The notes beneath the pieces were generated by a model, which saw only the letters and a program-made list of their open reading frames with translations, ran no database searches and was not told the origin of the DNA. DNA of 64,000 nt from Chloroherpetonaceae bacterium (lineage in GTDB: Bacteria; Bacteroidota; Chlorobiia; Chlorobiales; Thermochlorobacteraceae): NCBI GenBank assembly GCA_033763895.1, contig JANRJQ010000007.1:322178-386177 (forward strand). Direction: 5' to 3'. Every line of letters starts with the position of its first letter. The stretch's first letter is position 1. Positions 37,276 through 46,721 of the stretch are shown piece after piece. The translations under genes were made by a program, and so were the position numbers.

Positions 37276-38670
37276 ATGACAGCCTATTCAACGCACTACC
37301 CTGAGCATACCACACCAATGTGGTTGAACTCACATGAGCACCCACCAATTACTCCGGATACTGTATGGGAAACCTTAGGCAAAACGATGCTCGCCGATGG
37401 CGGTGGAATCACCGACTTTGTGCTCGACCTTCGCCGAAGCCGAGGCTCTTATCTCTACGATTCCCTCAATCAACGAATGATGCTTGATTTCTTTACTTTT
37501 GTAGCTTCTTCGCCCATAGGAATTAATCATCCAAAGCTTTGGAGCAACCGTGCGTTTTTGGATAAGCTTTTATTCGCCGCTATTGTGAATCCATCAAATT
37601 CAGACATTTACACCGTCGAGTTTGCAGAATTCGTGGATACTTTTTCCCAAGTTGCAAAGCCCGCCTCAATGAAATACACTTTTTGGATTTCAGGCGGTGC
37701 GCTTGCCGTTGAAAACGCCTTGAAAGCTGCGTTTGATTGGAAGGTTAGAAAGAACTTTAAAAAGGGATACAAATCAGAAAAGGGACATCATGTCATTTAC
37801 TTCCGTGAAGCCTTTCACGGCCGTTCGGGTTACACCCTTTCTTTAACCAACACCGACCCGGCAAAGACGTTGCACTTCCCGAAATTTTCGTGGTCGTGCA
37901 TTGAAAATCCGAAACTTACTTTTCCTCTTTCGGAGCGTCATATTCAAAAAGCGTTGGACTTGGAAAAGCACGCCATTGCTTCAATTCAAAAAGTTTTTAA
38001 GGAACATCAAGATGAAGTCGCAGCCATTGTAATTGAACCGATTCAAGGAGAGGGTGGAGACAACCACTTCAGACCGGAGTTTCTTAAGCATCTTCAAACC
38101 TTGGCACACGAACATGAGGCGCTGCTTATTTTCGACGAAGTTCAAACAGGGCTTGGACTCACTGGAAAAATGTGGGCTTCCGAACACTTTATCATTCCTG
38201 ATATCATCACTTTTGGTAAGAAAATGCAAGTGTGTGGGTTTATGGCATCAAACCGCTTGGATGAAGTGGATCAACATGTTTTTCAGGCAGGCAGCAGAAT
38301 CAATTCCACTTGGGGTGGGAACTTGGCCGATATGGTTCGCTCGAAAAGAAATCTTGAAATTATTAAAGAAGATAACTTGGTCTTAAATGCCGCAACCGTA
38401 GGCAATCATCTCTTGAATCAATTGCTTGAACTTGGAGAGGAATTCGGCGAAAGACTAACGAACATCCGAGGCCGCGGGTTGATGATTGCATTTGATATGC
38501 CTAATCGCGATTCGCGTAATCACTTTATTAAAAATGCACAAGACTCAGGGTTGATGATTTTGGGTTGTGGCGAAAAAAGCGTTCGGCTTCGCCCTCCGCT
38601 CACCTTAAGTCTTGAGGAAGCAGACGAGGGAATTTCAATTATTCGAAAAGTTGTGCAAACAATGGCATAA
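37276..38670 (+). CDS. Class III aminotransferase, L-lysine 6-transaminase-like
   Basis: AAAGGAG Shine-Dalgarno sequence before the ATG at 37276 (track ORF starts at 37210). FDEVQTGLGLTG and FGKKMQ (PLP lysine region). The N-terminal region resembles Lat proteins as I recall them. Confidence 0.75.
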   Translation: MTAYSTHYPEHTTPMWLNSHEHPPITPDTVWETLGKTMLADGGGITDFVLDLRRSRGSYLYDSLNQRMMLDFFTFVASSPIGINHPKLWSNRAFLDKLLFAAIVNPSNSDIYTVEFAEFVDTFSQVAKPASMKYTFWISGGALAVENALKAAFDWKVRKNFKKGYKSEKGHHVIYFREAFHGRSGYTLSLTNTDPAKTLHFPKFSWSCIENPKLTFPLSERHIQKALDLEKHAIASIQKVFKEHQDEVAAIVIEPIQGEGGDNHFRPEFLKHLQTLAHEHEALLIFDEVQTGLGLTGKMWASEHFIIPDIITFGKKMQVCGFMASNRLDEVDQHVFQAGSRINSTWGGNLADMVRSKRNLEIIKEDNLVLNAATVGNHLLNQLLELGEEFGERLTNIRGRGLMIAFDMPNRDSRNHFIKNAQDSGLMILGCGEKSVRLRPPLTLSLEEADEGISIIRKVVQTMA

Positions 38671-38908
38671 CCCTTTTCCCCCCAATTCCTTCACCCAAAA
38701 AACCCACCGGTTTTGAATTCCCTCAGAATAATCCTTCAAGAACCTTTGTGAGTGTGAAATATTCGATTAAATTTACCAATTGTATTACTGCTTGGTTGTC
38801 AACTTCAAGATACTCTCCCTTTTCACTGAAACTTAAATCTTGAATGGGCACTAAGCCCTTTGGAAATCAAATCATTTTGACCTTGGTCAATTTGAAAAAG
38901 AAATCGTT

Positions 38909-40594
38909 ATGAAAAAACAACTGATTATTCACCAACATAGCACTGAAATTCAAGTTGCGATTGTTGAAGATGGCAGACTTGCAGAGCTTTTGATTGAAAG
39001 ACCTGAAAACGCCCGAACCGTCGGCGATATTTATCTTGGCAGAGTTCAAAAAGTCGTTGAAGGATTGCAGGCCGCCTTTGTTGATATTGGTCAAGACTTA
39101 GATGGCTTCTTACATTTTTCGGATGTTGGAACAACGGGTGAAGATTATCGAGCGATGATGACGGAAGAGTTCGACGACGAGGATGATGATGACGATGACG
39201 ACGACTATGATGATGACGAACCGAAACGACCGCAAGGCGGAAACGGACGCTCCCCTCAAAAAAGCACTTCAACGGCTTCACCTGTAGCCGGTGAGAATCA
39301 AGGTCGAGACCGCGAGGCTGAGGCGCGTCAAAAGCGGCTCTCATATACGCAAATGATTGCCGGTAAACTCAAGCCCAACGACAGCATTTTAGTCCAAGTG
39401 ATTAAAGAACGCATCAGCACCAAAGGCTCTCGCTTGACTTCCGATATCACCATTGCCGGAAGATTTATGGTTCTCTTGCCATTTGGGCAAGGGAATATTG
39501 CCGTTTCAAAACGCATTTCAAACCGCCGTGAGCGCAAACGACTCAAGAATATAGTCCGCTCAATGCTTCCTAAAACATTTGGCGCAATTATCCGAACTGT
39601 TGCAGAAGAGCAAGACGAAGTACTTTTGAGAACCGATATGGAAATGCTTCTCAATAAGTGGAAGCAAATTGAAGAAAAGCTGAAAACCGCAAAACCGCCG
39701 CAGCTTATCTTTAAAGAAGATGCAATTACCCTTTCAGCTCTTCGTGACTATCTCAATGATGATGTTTCCGAAATCGTCTGCGATTCGCCTTCGCTTTACA
39801 AAGAAAGCCTTGCCTTTGTTCGTTGGGCTGCGCCCGAATTTGAAAAGCGAATGACGCTTTACAAAGGCAAGTTACCTGTATTCGAAAGCTACGGTATAGT
39901 CAAAGATGTGGAATCCATCTTTTCAAGAAAAGTGTGGCTTAAATCAGGTGGTTATTTGATTATTGAACACACCGAGGCGATGGTTGTTGTAGATGTCAAT
40001 AGCGGCCGTTATGCTGCCAAAAAGGAACAAGAAGAAAATTCACTTCGTACCAATTTGGAAGCTGCCAAAGAAATTGCACGGCAATTGCGACTTCGCGACA
40101 TTGGCGGCATCATTGTCATTGATTTCATCGATCTCTTGGACGACCGAAATGCCAAGAAAGTATATGAAGCGATGAAAACCGAAATGCGAAGAGACCGTGC
40201 AAAGTCGAATGTCATTCCGATGTCAGACTTCGGTATCATGCAAATCACTCGCGAGCGGGTTCGCCCAAGTTTAATGCAACGAATGGGAGAACAGTGCTCT
40301 GCATGCGGCGGCACCGGAAAAATTCAAGCGCGAAGAACAACCGTTCATCAAGTTGAACGTTGGCTTCGCAAGTTTGCTTTGCGCAACCGGCCATTCACCA
40401 AATTGGATTTAACCGTTAGCCCCACGATTCTTGAACCCTTAATGAGCGAAACGCTCAAGCCAGATTGGAAATGGTTTTTACAGCACTTGGTGATTGTTGA
40501 TATCAAACCCGATGACAGCCTTCGAAGCGATGACTTCCGTTTTCAGCTCAAGAAAACCGGACAAGATATCACCACAGAATATGGAATGTTATAA
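38909..40594 (+). CDS. rng: Ribonuclease E/G family protein (RNase G-like) with an acidic insertion
   Basis: 561 aa. S1 domain [23 protein letters not shown], catalytic core VVVDVNSG and [11 protein letters not shown], Zn-link CSACGGTG. Contains a poly-Asp insert [19 protein letters not shown]. Confidence 0.85.
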   Translation: MKKQLIIHQHSTEIQVAIVEDGRLAELLIERPENARTVGDIYLGRVQKVVEGLQAAFVDIGQDLDGFLHFSDVGTTGEDYRAMMTEEFDDEDDDDDDDDYDDDEPKRPQGGNGRSPQKSTSTASPVAGENQGRDREAEARQKRLSYTQMIAGKLKPNDSILVQVIKERISTKGSRLTSDITIAGRFMVLLPFGQGNIAVSKRISNRRERKRLKNIVRSMLPKTFGAIIRTVAEEQDEVLLRTDMEMLLNKWKQIEEKLKTAKPPQLIFKEDAITLSALRDYLNDDVSEIVCDSPSLYKESLAFVRWAAPEFEKRMTLYKGKLPVFESYGIVKDVESIFSRKVWLKSGGYLIIEHTEAMVVVDVNSGRYAAKKEQEENSLRTNLEAAKEIARQLRLRDIGGIIVIDFIDLLDDRNAKKVYEAMKTEMRRDRAKSNVIPMSDFGIMQITRERVRPSLMQRMGEQCSACGGTGKIQARRTTVHQVERWLRKFALRNRPFTKLDLTVSPTILEPLMSETLKPDWKWFLQHLVIVDIKPDDSLRSDDFRFQLKKTGQDITTEYGML

Positions 40595-40619
40595 TTAAGC
40601 CTGAAAAGCGATTGAACGA

Positions 40620-41102
40620 GTGAAACAGCTGGCCAAGATTCTCGGAACAGGTTTTGGAACCGGACTTGCACCCATTGGGTCGGGGACGTTAGGAAGCCTT
40701 TTAGCGGTTGCGGTGTATTACTATTTCGCCGAATACCAACACCAATTGTTGCTTTGGCAATGGCTTTTAATTCTTGTTGGTGTTTTTTTCCCGATTGGAA
40801 TTTGGTCGAGTGGTGAATTGGAAGATCTTTACGGTCACGACCCGCGCCAAGCAACCATCGACGAATTGGTTGGCCAATGGATTGCTTTTTTGTTTCTTCC
40901 TTTTTCTTGGAGCACCCTGATTTTAGGTTTTGTTTTTTTCAGACTCTATGATATCACCAAGCCTGAGCCGATAAACCGAATCCAAAAACTTCCAAAAGGG
41001 TTCGGCATCATGATGGATGATGTCTTAGCAGGTATTTATGCCAATATCTCCGTTTGGATTTGCCTCATCGGGTATGATAAAATCAAAATTATTTTGTCTT
41101 GA
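40620..41102 (+). CDS. pgpA: Phosphatidylglycerophosphatase A
   Basis: 160 aa, GTG start. GSGTLGSLLAV, YDITKP and GIMMDDVLAG motifs. Confidence 0.85.
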   Translation: MKQLAKILGTGFGTGLAPIGSGTLGSLLAVAVYYYFAEYQHQLLLWQWLLILVGVFFPIGIWSSGELEDLYGHDPRQATIDELVGQWIAFLFLPFSWSTLILGFVFFRLYDITKPEPINRIQKLPKGFGIMMDDVLAGIYANISVWICLIGYDKIKIILS

Positions 41103-41126
41103 TCTCACCTTCTTTGCGTCCAATTC

Positions 41127-41633
41127 ATGAAGCAACTTTATCTTATTCGGCATGCAAAGTCGAGCTGGAGTCATCCTGAGCTGACTGATTTCGAGCGGCC
41201 ATTGAACAAACGCGGACGAAGAGACGCACCAGTTATGGGCAGCCTGTTAAAAGAGAAAGGCATTAAGTTTTCTTCGTTCATTTCAAGCCCTGCAACCCGC
41301 GCAATCATGACCGCAAAACTCATTGCCGATGCCGTTGGTTATGCAGTCGATGACATCATCACCGATATTCAAATCTACGATGCTCCAACAAACAAACTGC
41401 TTTCAATTGTTCAATCATTTCCTGATCAATTTGAAACCATCGCACTCTTTGGGCATAACCCCGCAATGACGGAATTGCCAGAATTACTTACGGGGAAATC
41501 GCTTGAAAATGTCCCGACTTGCGGCGTGGTGGGAATTCGCTTCCCAGCCCTTACTTGGCAAACCGTTAAAGAAAAAAGTGGAGAGCTTTTTCTCTTCGAA
41601 TACCCTAAAAAGTATTTGAAAAGCGACGATTAA
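41127..41633 (+). CDS. Histidine phosphatase family protein (SixA-like)
   Basis: 168 aa. LYLIRHAKS (RHG motif) and LFGHNP. Confidence 0.75.
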   Translation: MKQLYLIRHAKSSWSHPELTDFERPLNKRGRRDAPVMGSLLKEKGIKFSSFISSPATRAIMTAKLIADAVGYAVDDIITDIQIYDAPTNKLLSIVQSFPDQFETIALFGHNPAMTELPELLTGKSLENVPTCGVVGIRFPALTWQTVKEKSGELFLFEYPKKYLKSDD

Positions 41634-41712
41634 GTCAATCATATTTTTGAGAAGCCTTTACGACTCCTGTGCAAATCTTATTCTCGCACTGAATTCTAAA
41701 CCGAATTCCGAC

Positions 41713-42561
41713 TCACTTCTTTTCAACAAACTGAACCACCGTTTCAAAGTATTCTTCAGGCTTCTCAACCATTGGCACATGCCCACACTCTTCAATAAAA
41801 TGAAGGGTTGAGCCTTTGATTTCACGATGAATCAACTCGGCATATTTTGGGGGAATGAATCGATCGTTACGACCCCAGATAATTAAGACAGGCTTTTTAA
41901 CTTCACCCAGCTTTGCACGAACGCCGCTTCGCTTTAAGTCGAGTTTCTTGAAACTGCGGTTTAAGGCCATCATCGCCTCATAATTTTCCTTCTTTCGTAC
42001 CATTTCCCAATTCCGCTCAAAATGCGCCGGTGTGATATGTGTAGGATTATGATAAACGCTCTGCATCGTTTTTCGGACAAACTTGCGCGATGAAACCACC
42101 TTGTGTAATACATGCCGAACCCCCCAAACGCTCGCCATTCCAATGAAACCGGGCAACGATAGAAATCCGTCGGAATCGGTGAGCACCAATTTTTCAAATT
42201 GTTTAGGATAAATCGTTTCATTGGCTAAGAGATACTTTGCCCCCATTGAGTGGCCAACCGCCACGAGCGGCTCACCGGGCATTGTGGTTTTGGCAAGGAA
42301 TTCAGAAAGAAGTGAAGCGTAAAGCGTCAGTGAATATTGAATAGTAGAGGGTTTATCGCTACCGCCGAAGCCAAGCCAATCAAGCGCAAGGACACGATAG
42401 TGCGAAGCAAATAAGGGAATCACGCGTTCATACGCCTCTATGGATGAAGAAAAACCGTGAAGCAAAACAAGTGTTTTTTGACCTGCACCCGCTTCGAAAT
42501 AGCGATGGTTGTAGTTGCCTAACTGAATGAATTTAAATTCGCTTTCTTTGAGACTTGACAT
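41713..42561 (-). CDS. Alpha/beta hydrolase
   Basis: 282 aa. LLHGF and nucleophile elbow GHSMG, with a C-terminal ECGHVP histidine. Confidence 0.85.
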   Translation of the reverse strand: MSSLKESEFKFIQLGNYNHRYFEAGAGQKTLVLLHGFSSSIEAYERVIPLFASHYRVLALDWLGFGGSDKPSTIQYSLTLYASLLSEFLAKTTMPGEPLVAVGHSMGAKYLLANETIYPKQFEKLVLTDSDGFLSLPGFIGMASVWGVRHVLHKVVSSRKFVRKTMQSVYHNPTHITPAHFERNWEMVRKKENYEAMMALNRSFKKLDLKRSGVRAKLGEVKKPVLIIWGRNDRFIPPKYAELIHREIKGSTLHFIEECGHVPMVEKPEEYFETVVQFVEKK

Positions 42562-42644
42562 TGATACTCCTTGCTTTCCAAAAGATACAAAGAATGAGAA
42601 TCAGTTGAGAATGAGATCGCTGCGATACTTCAGTGTTACAGCTT

Positions 42645-42985
42645 GTGCGGCGCTTAAGCCTGCGCGGTGGTTGAGCTTGTCGAAACAACCGCGCAATTTC
42701 TTTTCATGTCATTCCAGCAAGCGAAGCGCGTCGGGAATCCAGCACGCACCAAATTGAGGTGGTTGAGCTTCTAGAAACTACCGCATCGTTTGCCCTTTAT
42801 CCTTTGTGTTCTCAGTGATTCCTCAGTGTACTCCGTGTTTCGGAATTACAAACACAAAGGTCACAAAGAAATACCACAATGGACACGGAGAATAAATACA
42901 ATCATTTGTCATTCCCGCAAGCGGAGCGCGTCCGAAATCCTCCACGCAGCAAATTGAGGTGGTTGAGCCTCTCAAAATCATTCCT
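42645..42985. repeat. Family-B composite hairpin repeat cluster
   Basis: Composite 77-bp units GTCATTCC..CGGGAATCC..CACCAAATTGAGGTGGTTGAGC..GAAACTACCGC lie at 42708-42784 and 42908-42984, exactly 200 bp apart. An extra GGTGGTTGAGCTTGTCGAAACAACC lies at 42667-42691. Confidence 0.9.
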
Positions 42986-43090
42986 CAAGTTCCACTTGTT
43001 TTCACGACATTCCTTTCTTTGAATTGCTTAATTTTGCCTCAACAGTCACACTCTGATTCGTCTATTCTCTGATAGAAAACACCATAGAAA

Positions 43091-44110
43091 ATGAACATTG
43101 AAAAATCCCAAATAGAATTCATTTCAGAAATAAAGTATAAAGTCCGGCAGGCGCAATACGATGCCTTAAAAGCGGTAAATATTCATCTCATCAATTTGTA
43201 TTGGGAGATTGGCAAGTCCATTGCTGAAAAACAGTCCGAAAGTTGGGGGAAAGCGATTGTCCCCACTTTATCCAAAGAGCTTCAATCAGAATTCCCCGGC
43301 ATTGGTGGCTTTTCTGAAGGAAATCTATGGTTGATGGCACAATTTTTTACTGAATATCACAGTGATGAAAATCTCGTACTACTGGTACGAGAAATTAGCT
43401 GGAGTAAGCATGTTACAATTCTTAAAAAATGTAAGGATAACTTAGAACGAAAATTCTATACTCTCTCAACAAAAAAATTCGGATGGACGAAAAACGTACT
43501 TGCCCATCACATTGAAAACAAAACCTATGAGAAGTACCTCTTAAATCAAACCAATTTCGAGCAAAGTTTACCTGATACCATTAAGAATCAAGCAGTATTG
43601 GCTGTAAAAGATGAATATACTTTCGATTTTTTGGGGCTATCTGAACAACACTCAGAGCGGGAATTAGAACAAGCCTTGATACAAAACATTAGTAACTTTC
43701 TGCTCGAAATGGGTCATCAGTTCACCTTTGTCGGGAATCAAGTGAAGTTAGCCGTAGCCGAGAAAGAGTATTTTATTGACTTGCTCCTTTTCCACCGGCA
43801 GTTGCAATGCCTTGTAGCAATTGAACTGAAAGTCGGAGAATTTCTACCCGAGTATAAAGGGAAAATGGAATTTTACCTTTCCGTACTCAATGATCAAATG
43901 AAACTACCCAATGAAAATGACAGCATTGGCATCATCATTTGCAAAGAAAAAAATAGAACCATTGTAGAATATTCGCTCAAAACTGCATCTCAACCGATTG
44001 GCGTGGCAACCTATACTCTAACGGAAGATTTGCCTTATCAATATCAAAATCTCCTGCCAAGCGGAAAGGAAATCAGCGATAAAATCAATAAGTATTTTGG
44101 TGAAATATAG
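43091..44110 (+). CDS. YhcG-like PDDEXK nuclease domain protein (DUF1016)
   Basis: 339 aa. LYWEIGKSIAEKQ...WGKAIVPTLSKELQSEFPGIGGFSEGNLWLMAQFF and C-terminal IDLLLFHRQLQCLVAIELK (PD-ExK-like). Confidence 0.8.
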   Translation: MNIEKSQIEFISEIKYKVRQAQYDALKAVNIHLINLYWEIGKSIAEKQSESWGKAIVPTLSKELQSEFPGIGGFSEGNLWLMAQFFTEYHSDENLVLLVREISWSKHVTILKKCKDNLERKFYTLSTKKFGWTKNVLAHHIENKTYEKYLLNQTNFEQSLPDTIKNQAVLAVKDEYTFDFLGLSEQHSERELEQALIQNISNFLLEMGHQFTFVGNQVKLAVAEKEYFIDLLLFHRQLQCLVAIELKVGEFLPEYKGKMEFYLSVLNDQMKLPNENDSIGIIICKEKNRTIVEYSLKTASQPIGVATYTLTEDLPYQYQNLLPSGKEISDKINKYFGEI

Positions 44111-44142
44111 CCGAAGCGCAGAATTAATTTTTAGCCACAAAA

Positions 44143-44316
44143 CGGCGCCGCACTGCGCCCTGCGCGGTGGTTGAGCCTGTCGAAACCACTGTCTGAACTG
44201 TGATTTATAGGATTAAGTGATGAACATGATTATTAATGTCATTCCCGCAAGCGAAGCGCGTCGGGAATCCTGCACGCACCAAATTAAGGTGGTTGAGCCT
44301 GTCGAAACTACCGCGT
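44143..44316. repeat. Family-B composite hairpin repeat cluster
   Basis: GGTGGTTGAGCCTGTCGAAACCAC at 44167-44190 and a 77-bp composite unit at 44238-44314, in direct orientation with 42908-42984. Confidence 0.9.
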
Positions 44317-44649
44317 GATGAAGACACGCACGCAGATGACACTGATTGAGCAGATTAACGCAGATATTCAGTGAAAATCAGTTCATACTGCGTTTCAGTA
44401 ACCGGGATGAAAAAGATTTTATTATAGACTCAAAAAATCGCTTTCAAAATTCATTTCCCTTTTCTAAATTCTTAAATCTTTGTTCCTTCAAGAGAAAAAA
44501 TATTTGTCTATTGATGAAAGAATGACTTAAATTTCTTAAGGTGATATTTATTTTAAATTATTAAAATGTAAATCCGTAAATTGCAAAAAAAATCGATTAT
44601 TTTTTATATCCAGTAGCTTCAATAGTAAAAAATCTAAACTCAACCTATA

Positions 44650-45369
44650 ATGGATAACTTAGATAAATTAACCAAGCTTTATTCAAATTTAATAAAGCTC
44701 ATAAATAATAGAAAAGATGACTTTAATGAAGAATTTGTAAGTGTTTTTAACTATGCAAAAGGCTCAGAATACGACAATAAAGAATTCGACAATAAATTTC
44801 TAATTGTTGGTAGATCAGTAAATGGATGGACAAATTACAATAAAAATGAATTGTTATTAAAAGAAGGTGAAATTATAAACCGAATAGGAAATGATAACCT
44901 ACAATGGACAATTAACAATTGGGGTATAAATTACGGTAAAACCTATAACACAAAAAGGTCTGCCTTTTGGAGAATAAATAGAAAAATAACCGATTTAGTA
45001 TATCAAGTAAGTGATTATAATTTTAATAAACTTAGCTGGACAAACCTTTACAAAATATCAAATGCTGCAGGAGGAAATCCTTCTCCAAAATTACAGGCTT
45101 TACAATTTGATCTTGTGAAACAAATATTAATTGAAGAAATAAGAATTTTAGAACCAAAATACATCGTTTTTCTCACTGGTTACGACTGGGCAAAACCATT
45201 CTTAATTGAAAACGATAACATTAAAATAGAATTACTCAATCAGACTAATTATGTAAAAGCAAAAGGCTCTTTTTTTAATAGTAAATTTGCAGTTGGACTA
45301 CATCCACAAGGAAAATTAGAAATGAAACATGCAGAAGAAATATTAGAATATTTGGATTTAAAAAATTAA
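44650..45369 (+). CDS. Hypothetical protein with weak UDG-superfamily-like hints
   Basis: 239 aa, AT-rich. FLIVGRSVNGW near the N-terminus and FAVGLHPQGK near the C-terminus loosely resemble UDG-fold motifs A and B. The inference is weak. Confidence 0.45.
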   Translation: MDNLDKLTKLYSNLIKLINNRKDDFNEEFVSVFNYAKGSEYDNKEFDNKFLIVGRSVNGWTNYNKNELLLKEGEIINRIGNDNLQWTINNWGINYGKTYNTKRSAFWRINRKITDLVYQVSDYNFNKLSWTNLYKISNAAGGNPSPKLQALQFDLVKQILIEEIRILEPKYIVFLTGYDWAKPFLIENDNIKIELLNQTNYVKAKGSFFNSKFAVGLHPQGKLEMKHAEEILEYLDLKN

Positions 45370-45495
45370 CTTTAGGAAATGATAATATTTAGTTTGGTAT
45401 TTTATCATGTAGCCAAAGAGTTTATTGCTTTATATGAAATATATTAAAATTTAATCATATTACTCTAACCCTTAATTCGAAATAACAAATAATCA

Positions 45496-45846
45496 TCATA
45501 AACTTTTCAAAGATTCATAATGCTTTTTAAGATGTTTTTCTAAAATTTTCAAACATTCCTTTTTTTCTCTAAATGATAGCGTCTCATTAACAAAATACGA
45601 CATCTCCACATCATTTAAGTTTTTAGCCAAATAATCGTATTCTTGATCAGTAATTCGGAAAACTTGTTTTATTGCGTTATCAATTAAATCAGGAATTCCG
45701 CCAATAGTCTTTAATCCTAATTCATCCCAAGTTCTGTTTCGCCTTTTGCAACGGCTTATTAAAGAATCTTCTACACATGTTTTTTCGTCAAGCGTGGCTA
45801 TTTGTGCACTTTGCTCATTGAGATTTAAATTTTTATTCATGACCAT
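45496..45846 (-). CDS. Hypothetical protein
   Basis: 116-aa ORF in an AT-rich accessory block. No motif recognised. Confidence 0.4.
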   Translation of the reverse strand: MVMNKNLNLNEQSAQIATLDEKTCVEDSLISRCKRRNRTWDELGLKTIGGIPDLIDNAIKQVFRITDQEYDYLAKNLNDVEMSYFVNETLSFREKKECLKILEKHLKKHYESLKSL

Positions 45847-45960
45847 TTTTATTTTATAGAATTACACACCAATACCTGTACTTATTATTTACTTACAATT
45901 TTAAATTCCCATCTTCGAGGAAAAAAAATTAAGAAAAAACGATAGTCTTTTTCTTATATC

Positions 45961-46308
45961 TTAATGTCTCTTTGCGAAATAAATCTTCTTCGGAAATTTC
46001 CCAAAAACAAAAGTCGTGACTTGACATAACCAAAATTTATGCTCGCGTGGCTTACCATTAAATGTTCGTAGGAAATAATCCCCACCTCCAAACATCACTT
46101 CTCCCTCTTTGACTAAATCAGCGACATAGGAGCCGTCAAATCCTTCAGTTGACATTATCACTTCCACTTCTTTTTCGCCATCAGCGTACATATCAAGGAG
46201 TTCATCAGCGCCCGAAACCATCTCCAATTCTTCCTTAAGCCCAGTCCAATTTGGTAAATCGATATACCAACGGCCGTCTTCTTCCTTATAAAAGCGATAA
46301 TATTTCAT
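45961..46308 (-). CDS. Conserved-looking hypothetical protein
   Basis: 115 aa. RWYIDLPNWTGLKEELEMVSGADELLD...FWLCQVTTFVFGKFPKKIYF looks like a small family I have seen before, but I cannot name it with certainty. Confidence 0.45.
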   Translation of the reverse strand: MKYYRFYKEEDGRWYIDLPNWTGLKEELEMVSGADELLDMYADGEKEVEVIMSTEGFDGSYVADLVKEGEVMFGGGDYFLRTFNGKPREHKFWLCQVTTFVFGKFPKKIYFAKRH

Positions 46309-46721
46309 TTTTGATATTATTTATGTTTTTGATTACACATTGAAAGGCGGCTGTTAGTTCGCTGAAAGTGAAAAAAAACTTCTAGATTTTACAACTATTT
46401 TATCAAACAATTTTTTAATAAAACATTCCATTGTCGGCAATATTATATGTGAATTTATTTCTGATGCATTCAATTCTATTTCTCAATTATATTACTCATT
46501 TCTATTTTTTTCCCTCACCCCCTTCTTGCACCTCATCACACCCCATAATTTCTTTGCACATTCATTTGCTGGAACTTCTTAGATTGCGCTTTGTTAAAGT
46601 TCACGAGAGTTTGTGAAAGCTTGAAGATTACGGAATTGAAACGCACAAAAATCCATATCAACCAAGAGGCAGTAAAAACTGCCCTTTCGTATTTTAAACA
46701 CTTTTTAATCATTGAATCGCA

